42,293 bases of DNA from Octopus bimaculoides (GCF_001194135.2 NC_068989.1:80437688-80479980), one strand, 5' to 3'. Numbered from the stretch's first letter, positions 20,635 through 33,823 are shown. Translations and numbers: made by a program. The notes: generated from the letters alone by a model not told the origin.

Positions 20635-22568
20635 NNNNNNNNNNNNNNNNNNNNNNNNNNNNNNNNNNNNNNNNNNNNNNNNNNNNNNNNNNNNNNNNNN
20701 NNNNNNNNNNNNNNNNNNNNNNNNNNNNNNNNNNNNNNNNNNNNNNNNNNNNNNNNNNNNNNNNNNNNNNNNNNNNNNNNNNNNNNNNNNNNNNNNNNNN
20801 NNNNNNNNNNNNNNNNNNNNNNNNNNNNNNNNNNNNNNNNNNNNNNNNNNNNNNNNNNNNNNNNNNNNNNNNNNNNNNNNNNNNNNNNNNNNNNNNNNNN
20901 NNNNNNNNNNNNNNNNNNNNNNNNNNNNNNNNNNNNNNNNNNNNNNNNNNNNNNNNNNNNNNNNNNNNNNNNNNNNNNNNNNNNNNNNNNNNNNNNNNNN
21001 NNNNNNNNNNNNNNNNNNNNNNNNNNNNNNNNNNNNNNNNNNNNNNNNNNNNNNNNNNNNNNNNNNNNNNNNNNNNNNNNNNNNNNNNNNNNNNNNNNNN
21101 NNNNNNNNNNNNNNNNNNNNNNNNNNNNNNNNNNNNNNNNNNNNNNNNNNNNNNNNNNNNNNNNNNNNNNNNNNNNNNNNNNNNNNNNNNNNNNNNNNNN
21201 NNNNNNNNNNNNNNNNNNNNNNNNNNNNNNNNNNNNNNNNNNNNNNNNNNNNNNNNNNNNNNNNNNNNNNNNNNNNNNNNNNNNNNNNNNNNNNNNNNNN
21301 NNNNNNNNNNNNNNNNNNNNNNNNNNNNNNNNNNNNNNNNNNNNNNNNNNNNNNNNNNNNNNNNNNNNNNNNNNNNNNNNNNNNNNNNNNNNNNNNNNNN
21401 NNNNNNNNNNNNNNNNNNNNNNNNNNNNNNNNNNNNNNNNNNNNNNNNNNNNNNNNNNNNNNNNNNATATAGACTCGATTCTGTACTGTTTTCTCGCCAT
21501 CCTTCTCTGATTCTTTTTTCTCCCATTCACCGTTTTCTATGTCTCTCTCTCTCTCCCTCTTTCTCTTTTTCTCTCTCTGTCGTTGCTCACACGTGACCAT
21601 TGTCCATCTTTTTTCCTCACGTGACCATCTTTCTTTTCCTCCAGGACATCCTAAGGACTGGACGTCTTCTGTATCTCTCTCTTCTATCTTTTTTCTTTTC
21701 AAATAAAATATTTCTCTAGCGTTCGCTATTTTACCCTCGTTCTGGTTTAACACCCCCCCCCCATGTTTGTTTTCGTTCGGTTTCCTTGTATGTCTCCACT
21801 GTCCTGTTTTAGTTCCCAACTTTGACCTTCCATAAATCCAAAATTTTATTTTAGTATTTATGGGACAGTTGCCTATCTTCGAAGATTCATATTGTCGACA
21901 GCCGACAACTGATGAAGAGTCGTTCTTTGTGTTACTTGTCCTGTTTTTCCTTTTTTCTCTCATTGTTTGCGTATTTAACTCATTTGTTTTCGTATTTCAT
22001 GTTGTTTGCTGCTGGTGACGTCCTGTATATCTATACATACCCATACGGACATCAAAGCCGCATGATCTTTACATACATTTGCACGTATATATAGAGAAAG
22101 TCGAATTTACATTTTTCGTTTCAACCATTGCTTTTTTATGAAAATAACCTCGCAGCAAATGTATGCACAGTAAGAGATATAAAAGCGTAGTCAGCGTGAA
22201 ATAAAAATCTCGTACGTAATTTTTATATACTTCAGAATATTGTGCCGAAGATAGCAGTATATATTTTATTGCATTTAGCTTGAAATTAGTCCAATACACA
22301 ATTAACTGGAAAGTTGTATTTTTTTATTTTTTCATTTGCCTTTTCCCAACCTGTGCTGTAGAAGAAATAAGGTGGTTTTTAGTGCCATTTGGCGTCTATT
22401 TCTAGCCTGCTGGGGCGGTTCTTCCGATCCCTTTAATATAATTATGTATATAATTATATATTTAGGATATATATACATACATATATTCATGTATGTATGT
22501 ATGTGTATATATATATATATATAAATCAAGTGTAGGGCGCACAGTACAACTTGTTGTTTACTTCCTTG

Positions 22569-22603
<35 letters not shown>

Positions 22604-22619
22604 CATACACACGTCGAGC

Positions 22620-22770
22620 TTCTTTCAGTTTCTATCTATCAAATCCACTCGCAAGGTTTTAATCGGCTCAAAGCTATATTAGAATACTCTTGCACAAGGT
22701 GCTACGTAGTGGAACTGAACCCGGAAACATGTGGTTGGGAAGCAAACTTCTTAACACACAGCTACGCATG
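22620..22770 (-). mobile_element. Family C SINE, 5' half
   Basis: Reverse complement gtgtgttaagaagtttgcttcccaaccacatgtttccgggttcagttccactacgtagcacc. Confidence 0.8.
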
Positions 22771-22987
22771 CGCATAAATGCATTTTTACACACACATGTA
22801 TATATATATATATATATATATTCTGTATGTGTGTGATTTGGTGTGACTATGTATGTAGTCATTTTCATATATTTCGTAAACTGATATTTAATCTTGTTGT
22901 GGAATTCGACCCTGTACATACTTTCGACAGCTTTTAATGAAGATCAATCTCTCTAGTTTCAAAGTGCATACCACTCATCAGAAGTCT

Positions 22988-23004
22988 CTCATTTCTCTCT
23001 CACT

Positions 23005-23090
<86 letters not shown>
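22988..23090. repeat. (CT)n microsatellite
   Basis: Seen directly. Confidence 0.97.
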
Positions 23091-23096
<6 letters not shown>

Positions 23097-23503
23097 CTCC
23101 CTCACTTCTACCTTGTCGAAAACAGTAACAGAAATCTACATGCATAATGGTACAACTTTGACAAGACAACATCAATTAGTAAAATACCAATACAACACGG
23201 ATAATTAATAAATATGTATTCCTTTTTTAACAGACACATTAGTCTCGTTGTAAAATTAGGTTCCAGACTTGAAGAATGGAACTATCATTCTCTTAGAATC
23301 GGCACTGAGCTACTTAATTTCTTACACCATCACGAATAAATCCATTAAAGACATAAAAAAACAGAATTATGTCTGGCGTTGTCACCAGTAATTTCGAGAT
23401 AATTAATATATTCACGGCAATTTTGTTATTCCTAATTAGATTTATTTTTTACCGCTGGATTAAACACGCTAAGACTAATTTAACTGATACAATATACATA
23501 TAT

Positions 23504-23750
23504 ATCCACATGTGGTTACAAATGTAACCACATGTGGATCGTTGGCGGTTTTTTTTCCTCCGTCTTTCTTTTCCCTTGGACTTTCCTCCGTCTCCTGTAT
23601 CTGACGAAGAGCTTTGCTCGAAACGTAAAAATACCTTTCTTTCCTTCCCCGAGCGTCTGCTAATATTTTGCATGTTCCACGTCCTCGCGTAGTTGTTTGT
23701 TTTCTTGTGTCTGTTCGCTTTTTTTGTGCGGTGGGGGATTTACTGTTTTA
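23504..23750 (+). mobile_element. Penelope-like (PLE) terminal-repeat fragment carrying a hammerhead motif
   Basis: ctgacgaagagctttgctcgaaacgta in T-rich pLTR-like context, preceded by a palindrome; PLE assignment rests on the known PLE-hammerhead association. Confidence 0.65.
23597..23631 (+). ncRNA. Minimal type I hammerhead ribozyme motif (stem I degenerate)
   Basis: CUGACGA (23601-07), A, GAGC/UUU/GCUC stem II, GAAA (23620-23), C, GUA putative cleavage triplet (23625-27). Confidence 0.6.
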
Positions 23751-23830
23751 TATAAGTATATATATATACATATATACATATATATACATATATATATATA
23801 CATATATACATATACATATATATACATATA
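23750..23830. repeat. (TA)n/(TACA) compound microsatellite
   Basis: Seen directly. Confidence 0.9.
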
Positions 23831-24007
23831 TGACTAGTAATATCAAGAAACCGGTATGCTTGTAAATCTCTTTAATAACTCAAAATAATGACTTTTATTA
23901 CTTTTATTCCTACCTCAGTTCATCTAATTGTATATATATATCGTTACTTTTCATAAAAACCCCTACCTTCTTTTTGATTTCCAATGTGCATTTTCTCTTA
24001 TTTTTCT

Positions 24008-24212
24008 GTATATATATATATATACATATATGTAGATACATATATATACATATGTATATATATACATATATATATACATATATACACATGTATGTATATA
24101 CATACATATATATATATACATATATGTACATACATACATATATATATATACATATATGTACATACATACATATATATATATATATACATATATGTACATA
24201 CATATATATATA
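24008..24212. repeat. TA-rich compound repeat with a roughly 32-36 nt higher-order unit (catatatgtacatacatacatatata..)
   Basis: Unit recurs at about 24119, 24151 and 24187; runs into the gap. Confidence 0.9.
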
Positions 24213-24784
24213 NNNNNNNNNNNNNNNNNNNNNNNNNNNNNNNNNNNNNNNNNNNNNNNNNNNNNNNNNNNNNNNNNNNNNNNNNNNNNNNNNNNNNNNN
24301 NNNNNNNNNNNNNNNNNNNNNNNNNNNNNNNNNNNNNNNNNNNNNNNNNNNNNNNNNNNNNNNNNNNNNNNNNNNNNNNNNNNNNNNNNNNNNNNNNNNN
24401 NNNNNNNNNNNNNNNNNNNNNNNNNNNNNNNNNNNNNNNNNNNNNNNNNNNNNNNNNNNNNNNNNNNNNNNNNNNNNNNNNNNNNNNNNNNNNNNNNNNN
24501 NNNNNNNNNNNNNNNNNNNNNNNNNNNNNNNNNNNNNNNNNNNNNNNNNNNNNNNNNNNNNNNNNNNNNNNNNNNNNNNNNNNNNNNNNNNNNNNNNNNN
24601 NNNNNNNNNNNNNNNNNNNNNNNNNNNNNNNNNNNNNNNNNNNNNNNNNNNNNNNNNNNNNNNNNNNNNNNNNNNNNNNNNNNNNNNNNNNNNNNNNNNN
24701 NNNNNNNNNNNNNNNNNNNNNNNNNNNNNNNNNNNNNNNNNNNNNNNNNNNNNNNNNNNNNNNNNNNNNNNNNNNNNNNNNNNN

Positions 24785-24821
<37 letters not shown>

Positions 24822-25196
24822 TAAGTGCGTATATACAGTTGAGATCTAGAGATTCTCTGTATAGAAAACACTTAGTAGTGCCCACTTCTCATCATTATTA
24901 TCTGAACTGTTAGATTTTTCTCTACCCTGATGACGGCGGCTCGATTTATCCACTGTTTGTTTGCTTCCATTACTGGCTTCACATTTTGGTGAACTACGTC
25001 TACCAACATTATGATGAATGTTTGATCCTTCAGAAACAGCTGTTGGACTTAAAACACCTTACTCCCTTCCCTTTAACTTTCTCTGTCGTTAGTGGTTTGT
25101 GTAAGTTTGATCTATTAGAATATAAATACATAGTCATGCTTAGATATTCATCGTCTGAAATTCTGCCGTCTTTACTTTCTGTCTATTTGCATTGTG

Positions 25197-25231
<35 letters not shown>

Positions 25232-25967
25232 NNNNNNNNNNNNNNNNNNNNNNNNNNNNNNNNNNNNNNNNNNNNNNNNNNNNNNNNNNNNNNNNNNNNN
25301 NNNNNNNNNNNNNNNNNNNNNNNNNNNNNNNNNNNNNNNNNNNNNNNNNNNNNNNNNNNNNNNNNNNNNNNNNNNNNNNNNNNNNNNNNNNNNNNNNNNN
25401 NNNNNNNNNNNNNNNNNNNNNNNNNNNNNNNNNNNNNNNNNNNNNNNNNNNNNNNNNNNNNNNNNNNNNNNNNNNNNNNNNNNNNNNNNNNNNNNNNNNN
25501 NNNNNNNNNNNNNNNNNNNNNNNNNNNNNNNNNNNNNNNNNNNNNNNNNNNNNNNNNNNNNNNNNNNNNNNNNNNNNNNNNNNNNNNNNNNNNNNNNNNN
25601 NNNNNNNNNNNNNNNNNNNNNNNNNNNNNNNNNNNNNNNNNNNNNNNNNNNNNNNNNNNNNNNNNNNNNNNNNNNNNNNNNNNNNNNNNNNNNNNNNNNN
25701 NNNNNNNNNNNNNNNNNNNNNNNNNNNNNNNNNNNNNNNNNNNNNNNNNNNNNNNNNNNNNNNNNNNNNNNNNNNNNNNNNNNNNNNNNNNNNNNNNNNN
25801 NNNNNNNNNNNNNNNNNNNNNNNNNNNNNNNNNNNNNNNNNNNNNNNNNNNNNNNNNNNNNNNNNNNNNNNNNNNNNNNNNNNNNNNNNNNNNNNNNNNN
25901 NNNNNNNNNNNNNNNNNNNNNNNNNNNNNNNNNNNNNNNNNNNNNNNNNNNNNNNNNNNNNNNNNNN

Positions 25968-26014
<47 letters not shown>

Positions 26015-26409
26015 CAACATTAACTGTATAATTTTATTCCTTCTCCAACACATAAAACATTATCTTCATCGGGATATGAACTCCGTTCCCTTTGCATAAG
26101 AGGTCCATTAAATTATCCACGCAGACGTTTATTGTCGTCTGTTAAATGAATGAATGAATGAGGATGTGTACTTTACGAGATGGCTCATTTGTATAGATGT
26201 AGATTAGTGAACATGTAACTACATTTCCTATATTTGTCAAGTGTTAATATATACATTGATCAATGACCGTATGTACTTATACGACCAAAGAACTGGATGA
26301 TTAAATGAATATTCATCAGTTCCAAATGGAAAAGTGACGGGAAAATCAATGATGCTAAGACTGCAGTACTTTTGTGATTTTGTGATCTTTCAACGAATAT
26401 ACACACACG

Positions 26410-26456
<47 letters not shown>

Positions 26457-26649
26457 ACAGTTCACATATGTAAATATTCTCTACACATGTATGAGCTTGT
26501 GTGTCTTTTATTTGTGCAAGTGCTAGTACAATTTGTCTGAAAGCAAACAAACATGGCTTCGTAGTTCAGAAGTTCTTTTCTCAGCCATGCAGTTCTAGGT
26601 TCGATTTTAGTGCATGCCATCTTGGACATATTGAACAAATGTCATATCG

Positions 26650-26958
26650 GTTTCAAATTTTGGCACAAGACCAGCAAATTCGGGGGCGGGGCTAAGTTAA
26701 TTACATTGACCCCAGTGCTTAACTAGCACTTATTTTATCGATCCCGAAAGGATAAAAAGCAAAATGGACCTCGAAGGAATTTGAACTTAAAACGTAAAGA
26801 CGGACGAAATGGCACTAAGCATCTTGCCCGGCGCGCTAACGATTCTGCCAGCTCGCCGTTTTGGACAAGAGTAATATTAGTTTCAAATTTTTACGCAATA
26901 CCAGCAAATTCGGGAAGGGGCTAAGTCAATTACATCGACCCCCAGGGATTTACTGGTA
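26650..26958 (-). mobile_element. Family B SINE (B2 tail, about 26650-26858) plus a second 3' fragment (about 26880-26958)
   Basis: ggtttcaaattttggcacaag..tatcgatcccgaaaggat..gattctgccagctcgcc. Confidence 0.88.
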
Positions 26959-27051
26959 TATGTGGAATACTCAGACACTTTTGCACGCTAACTCAATGAT
27001 TACGTCCATTTGATCGAGCAACCTGACTGTTATACACGTATATCAAAATTA

Positions 27052-27200
27052 CTATGTGAGTCCATCACAATTTTTGTCTAAATCATTATAGAACTTTTCC
27101 TTTTGTATTTGGTCTGCAAGATTCTCAACGTAAACTTGCATGTTGAAACATATATTGTTGTATCTCGGGTGGGTCATTATGCCAATAATAAACACATGCA
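27052..27200 (-). mobile_element. Possible decayed LINE (RTE-like) APE endonuclease fragment
   Basis: FNMQVYVENLADQIQKEKFYNDLDK resembles the SVYAPT..KEKFYxDLD segment of RTE endonucleases. Confidence 0.4.
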
Positions 27201-27400
27201 CTGGTTCTATTTCGCTTCTTTGTTTTTTATTAATCAGTTGGTTTACCATTTAGCTAATTAATATAGAACATGTAAAGTAGGAGACAGATAGACTAACCTG
27301 AAGCAGACCTAGAATAAGGAGGTCATGTCATCGATGAATCCGTGAATGGCGACGAAAGAACTTTGACACATCTAGCTAGTTCACTGACTGATTGATTGAG

Positions 27401-27772
27401 GTGGAGGCGCAATGGCCCAGTGGTTAGGGCAGCGGACTCGCGGTCATAGGATCGCGGTTTCGATTCCCAGGCCGGGCGTTGTGAGTGTTTACTGAGCGAA
27501 AACACCTGAGGCTCCGGCAGGGGATGGTGGCGAACCCTGCTGTACTCTTCCACCACAGCCTTCTCTCACTCTTACTTCCTGTTTCTGTTGTGCCTGTAAT
27601 TCAAAGGGTCAGCCTTGTCACACTGTGTCACACTAAATATCCCCAAGAACTACGTTAAGGGTACACGTGTCTGTGGAGTGCTCAGCCACTTGCACGTTAA
27701 TTTCACGAGCAGGCTGTTCCGTTGATCGGATCAACTGGAACGCTCGACGTCGTAAGCGACTGAGTGCCAACA
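27401..27772 (+). mobile_element. Full-length SINE family A with TSD
   Basis: TSD actgattgattgag (27387-27400) versus actgattgatcaag (27773-27786), 12/14 match. Confidence 0.95.
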
Positions 27773-28524
27773 ACTGATTGATCAAGCAATCGATTAGTTA
27801 ATTGGTTAAATGGTCTGCGAATTAACTAATGAAAATAAATCAGTAAAATAGACAATTGAGCCTGTGCGTGTGCTTATTATTGGCAAAATGACCTTTCCGA
27901 GATGCCACACCATCAAACAGCACATCGACAACTGTTTTGAGATCATGTTTACATGATTAACAGATTTCCTATATACTAAGGAAGTTGTCATTCAATTTAA
28001 TAGTTTATTCACGGCAAAGTTTTGTATTAGATGTATTATTATTTCCAATCTTCATCTAATGATCTTAAACAGAGCCAGCATTGAATGTGAATAAACTTTT
28101 CCAGCTTTATAATGTTTTCATCAAAATACTAACAACATTGGAAATCAATTCATCTATTACATGTTCCTATTCTTTAATTCTTTTCATGATTGTAAAATTG
28201 GCAATATTTACTAAAACATGCTAATACCGTCGTTTTCTTTAATTTACTTAGTTTGCCTGAAGCATTTGAGCCTGAAACATTTCATACAAAACATCTCAAC
28301 TGTTCCTATAGACTGTAGCTAATTTGAATAAAACATGATTGTAAACATTAAGGAATGTACCGTATATGTTCCACACATAACATTGCAGCTATAAATTTTA
28401 AAACTAACTACACACTTTTTAATGAAAATCTTAATTCTAGATTCCACCTCAAGCACAAATCTGGTATTAATTGAAATGTTGTAGACACTGGACGGTACTG
28501 GACTACAAAAAGAATGTTCGTAGC

Positions 28525-28592
<68 letters not shown>

Positions 28593-28859
28593 CATACATA
28601 TAAATATAATATAAATACACACACACGTATATATAGCATATACATATATGCATACACACGTTTATATGTGTGCATATATGTGTGTGTGTGAGTGTATGAG
28701 TGTGTGTGCGTATGTGTGTGTGTGCGTGCGCGCGCTTTTTATGTGCTACACAAATATACTACGTTTTAATCACGTACCTTTATTTCAGACGTAACACAGT
28801 ATTTTCTATTGAATTTGTTCAGTTAATCAAAAGTACTTTTAATAGAGCAATAATAGATG

Positions 28860-28885
28860 CTATCATCATCATCATCATTGTTATG

Positions 28886-28948
<63 letters not shown>
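28860..28948. repeat. (ATC)/(ATT)n microsatellite
   Basis: Seen directly. Confidence 0.95.
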
Positions 28949-28951
<3 letters not shown>

Positions 28952-29451
28952 AAAGCCACAAGCTAAAAGTCTCAAAGTCCCGCGTGCTACTTTCTTATTG
29001 CATTCATTTGTTATCGTCTGATGATTTTATACATGACTAAACTAAGTAATTTTCCATCATAACTGAAAACAGCAGGGTTTTCTTTATTATTTTTTAACTA
29101 TTTCTCTAAAATAATGTATCAGTTCTTTTCTTTTTTTCTTTCCTTTTTTTTCTTTTAAGCATTGACAAACTTTGAAAATCTGTATATATTCTTAGAATAA
29201 CATATTAACCAAAGAATTTAAGCTCCTGTTTTTTGTTTCGTTTTGTTTTTAATACTAATATAATTTTCTTAGATAATCAAACTTCTCTCTCTTATGCCTG
29301 AAGATATTTTAGAGAATACGTCAAGTTAAACTATTTCTAAAACACTAATCATCTAATTAACTCTCATCCAAAAATTAGTTGGTGTAATTTAGACTGGTAT
29401 TTCTTGATCATTGGGAAATATAATTCAAATAAATACGAATGCATTCAAATG

Positions 29452-29850
29452 TACGTAGGTCCAGTGGGGGATGTGTGATAAGACGCTTGCTTCCCTACCA
29501 CATGGTCTTGGGTTCAGTACCATTGCCTGACACCTTGGGCAAGTGTCTTCTACTGTAGTCTCGGCCTGGCCAAAGCCTTGCGAGTGAATTTGGTAGACAG
29601 AAACTGAAAAAAGCTCATTGTATATAAATGTGTGTGTGCGCGCGTGTGTGCGTGTGTGTGTGTGCTTCTATCACTGCTTGGCAACTGGTATTGCTGTGTT
29701 TACGTATCCGTAACTTACCTGTTCGGGTTAAGAGAACGTTAAAATAAGTTGCAGGTTTAGCCAAAAATATTAAATACTGGTGTCGACCCGTTCGGAGGAC
29801 CCCCAGAATGACTGCAGTCTAAGGACTGAAACAAATAAAAGCTAAAAGGT
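29452..29850 (+). mobile_element. Family C SINE with internal (TG)n
   Basis: cttgcttccctaccacatggtcttgggttcagtacc..accttgggcaagtgtcttctact..(tg)n..gactgcagtctaaggactgaaac. Confidence 0.88.
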
Positions 29851-30271
29851 AAAATAGAAAAAAAAAATATTGATTTTTATGATAATGACAAAACCTCAGA
29901 TTTCAAGCCAGTGTATAGGTGATTAATCAACTCCAGTACTTGATTAGTAATTGTTTTATCGATATCTTCTCTCTTGGAACGAAAAAGTCGATCTAATTGA
30001 GATTTGAACTCAGAACCTACAATGACCATATTCATATGCAACAAAACATTTGGTCGGACTCTGTATTATTTCTGTCCAACCACTTTCTACGGATGAACGG
30101 TAACAATGAGAAACGAGCTGGGCTGAATTGCATAACTGATCGACGTATGTTAAGATGAAATTTTGATTTCAACATTTTACATTCTGAATACAAACCCCGC
30201 CGTGATCAACTGTATCTTCCAACCTTCAAAGATTTAAAAATATGTACTAGTCTTTTGTTGGTGCGTCTTGT

Positions 30272-30505
30272 GAAGGTGCGTGGCCTAGTGATTAGGCTTG
30301 GCGCACTTACGACCGCAAGATCGTGGTTTCGATTCTCTAACCCACGTTGTGTTCTTGAGTAAAACGCTTCATTTCACATTGCTTCAGTCAACTCAGCAGC
30401 AAATGAGTAACCCCACGATGGACTGGCATCCCATTCTGAGGGCATGTTGTGATCTTAGTCATTTATACGCCATAGAAACCAAGCAACAGGCCCAGCGAGT
30501 CATAA
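30272..30505 (+). mobile_element. tRNA/CORE-type SINE with a cgatggactggcatcccat tail
   Basis: gaaggtgcgtggcctagtg head, gtgttcttgagtaaaacgct CORE-like motif, then ccacgatggactggcatcccattc. Confidence 0.8.
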
Positions 30506-30875
30506 AACGTGAGACCGTACTTACATTCATATAGTGAGTTCGACTGTTTCGTCCTCCCAAAATCTGGAGCAGTTGTGCCAATGCTTTTCATATCAAAATC
30601 TTTATTGACTTTCAATGATCCCTCTTTATTTTATATATTTTTATTGAATGGAGCAGAATTTAAGAGATTTTTTTAAAGGAATTTGGGGCTTGAAAGTTCA
30701 ATGTGATAAACTTCTGAAATCAGAGAATTGGAACCTGAATTGAAAAATATAACGTTAAGACTAAAATTGAAATCGAAACAAAAATAGAATTAAAATTAGA
30801 ATGAAAAACAAATTTTTAAAGAACGCTTAACAGGGGTCTACTTTGTCCTCTTCTAGAATTTTCAAAGTAAATATC

Positions 30876-31075
30876 CTTTTCTACTCTAAGCACAAGGTCC
30901 GAAATTTTGGGGGCGGGGGCTAGTCGATTATATCGACTCCAGTACGCAAGTAGTACTTAATTTATCGACCCCGAAAGGATGAAATGCAAAGTCGACCTCG
31001 GCGGAATTTGAACTCAGAACGTAAAGATAGACGTTTCGCCCGGCGTGCTAACGGTTCTGCCAGCTCACTCGCCGC
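30876..31075 (-). mobile_element. Young family B SINE with 13-bp TSD
   Basis: TSD caaagtaaatatc at 30863-30875 and 31080-31092. Confidence 0.95.
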
Positions 31076-32017
31076 ACTACAAAGTAAATATCAATGATAT
31101 ACTAGAGTTGACCTTATTACAAATGTCCGGCTTTGTGGTTGAGTTAAAATTTTCAAACTGAAAATATTGAGAATGTGTCCCCCTGGTGATCAGCTGTCAC
31201 AAGTAATTCAGTCCCTTCTAGATAGATTAAGTCCAGCTGAGGTGGATTTGAGAAGTTTGAAATTTAAATAAAAAACTAAAGGTTTACAGGATCTTAAAAT
31301 TGCCAGTCCCATCTCAACAAATATATTGTGTTAATGGACTTTTTTTAAAGTTATTTCTACAGATATTCTATAGAAATTAGAGCCATCATTGAAAGTTACG
31401 ACGTTTCGTAAACGAATACGGCTATGTAAACAATGCGATCAAAGATTTTTTAAAAGTAGGTAATAGGTGTATATGCATATTTCAGGAGTTTTTGCTATTT
31501 CTTCAGTATCACATCCAACCCATCAACCATTCACCACCACATTACTTAAATAACTACTAAATATAGCGGTGTAACACAATTTTATATATTAAACACATTC
31601 CTGGCAACAGCGATTAATGTTTTAAAGGAATATTATTGCGAAAACCTAAATACTCTTGCTAATCTTCTAAATATATGACTGTGTATCCTAGAATATTTAA
31701 CCTAGAAATTAAACGAGATGTCAGACGTTGACTTGTTTCCGGGATCGCGATATATAATCAGTAAAGGGGATTTTAATTTCCTGCTGAATCTTTATCGAGT
31801 AAAATGTAAATTTATTACATACCCACTTCATGAGAATGAACCATCGACTTAGAGAGAGTTTTAAGTTTCAATAATGAATCATTATAAGTTATAAATCTAT
31901 AAATACTGGAATAGTTTGAAAAGTTCAGAATCTACCTCATTCCAATAAATTCATAGGATTTCCAAAGAGTATTCCTCTTAGAGAAACCTTATTTGTAAAT
32001 TTCTCTTTATCTGCAGC

Positions 32018-32186
32018 CAGGGTCATCTTAACGGAACTACAAGACCCGGGTCAAATCAATCTAAAAGGACTTTAGTATTTATTTATTGACAACAATCTAC
32101 CACGTACGTAGACCAGCATTGGGCCCCTAAACTCATGAGGCCCGAGGGCCGCTGGCCCGGTATGCCTCTGCCTCACAACAGCACTG
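32018..32186. mobile_element. Old hAT (Tip100-like) MITE
   Basis: cagggtcatctta..gggcccc..ggccc..cagcactg; 8-bp flanks tctgcagc and tctacacc match 6/8. Confidence 0.6.
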
Positions 32187-32393
32187 TCTACACCATTCTA
32201 AATCCATCAATTCAAACATCAATCTATTCCATCTTTATAAAACTTATAAAATCAGTTTATCTGTTTATTTTATCCTTGATTTTAGCGAAAATTGTGCGAT
32301 GTTGTGATAAAATGTTTCGACTAATGTACCTTTAAACACAAACCTTGTTTGTCAAAAATAAAATCTTGTGCATTTCTGTTCTATGGAGCCAAA

Positions 32394-32765
32394 GGAGGCG
32401 CAATGGCCCAGTGGTTAGGCCTGCGGACTTGCGGTCGTAGGATAGCGGTTTCGATTCCCAGACCGGGCGTTGTGAGTGTTTATTGAGCGAAAACACCTAA
32501 AGCTCCACAAGGCTCCAACAGGGGGTGGTGGCGAACCCTGCTGTACTCTTTCACTACAACTTCCTCTCACTCTTTGTTTCTGTTATACCTATATCTCAAA
32601 AGGCTAGCCTTATCATACTCTGTGTCACGCTGAATCTCCCCGAGAGCTACATTAAGAGTACACATGTCTGTGGAATGCTCAACCACTTGCACTTTAATTT
32701 CACGAGCAGGCTGTTCTGTTGATCGAATCAACTGGCACCTTCGTCGTCGTAATCGACGGAGTGCC
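32394..32765 (+). mobile_element. Full-length SINE family A, more diverged
   Basis: ggaggcgcaatggcccagtggttagg..cgacggagtgcc. Confidence 0.93.
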
Positions 32766-33634
32766 GTAGTTTGGAGCCTTAATCATAGAGCGGTATCGTT
32801 GTCAACTACATAAGTAATTACTTACGTAATTGTCCACAACTCTTCAGTATGATCGTCTTAGCAATATAATTTACAGAACTATACACGAGACATCCGCATC
32901 AGATTGAACATGTATATAGTTCTACCAATTATATTTGGAGTTATATTTCAAAAGTCTTCGTTCTGGCGCGCTAGATACCGGAAATAATTCTGCAGAAAAT
33001 AATTCTCTGCAGTGAATTTTGCCGGTTAGAGAACATGGTTATTTAAATTATTTAAATAATTTAAATTCTGGCGTTTGCTGAATTTTCTTGAGAACAATCT
33101 TTTCTTAGTGGTCAGTCCACTTAGTGGTCATCCATCTTATATGTATGTAATATATATATATATATATATATAATAGCGTGTATGTATATGTAGACAGGTA
33201 AAAGTTCACCGACAACGTACTGCTTACCTCTTTGCTGTCAAATAATTGGATTAATCTCAACAAAATACACACTTTTTTTCTCCACTAAATATTTTCAGCT
33301 TTATACCAGTGTTTTAGAAAAAAAACCTTTCGCGGCCAAACTCACTTGAATTTCATTCTTGTATGAGGGGGGGGGGAGAAAATGAAAGGTTCTCTCTACA
33401 AAGAAGCGATTTAAAATAAATATATCTTAATTGTTGTGTGAGAAAATATTTATATTCTGATGATAACATATAGTATCTTTTAAAAACATCCTTAATTTAT
33501 AGACTATATATCTTTTGTGTTTAAGAAAAAATAAAGTTTTTCTTCTACACTATTATGTGTATGTGAGAGAGAGGATAGAGAGTGGGAGAGAGATGGGGAT
33601 CAGAATCATAAAAATAAGAAAGCTGTCTCGAACT

Positions 33635-33823
33635 AAAAAGATGTTAAAAGTACATAGGTTTTTTCTTAGTTATCATATTGGGATTTATATATTTTTTCTT
33701 CCAGTCACATTTATTTGAATCTAGACTTAAATCTAGATTCAAATAAACGTGACCGGAAGAACGAATATACAAATCCCAATATGACAATTACGAACAAATC
33801 CTATGTACTTTTAACATCTTTTT
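33635..33823. repeat. Foldback inverted repeat, probable MITE
   Basis: About 91-bp arms around a 6-nt loop cttaaa. Confidence 0.9.

Noticed and set aside
33041-33066. Perfect 26-nt palindrome atttaaattatttaaataatttaaat
   Set aside because: A/T-only sequence, expected by chance in very AT-rich DNA
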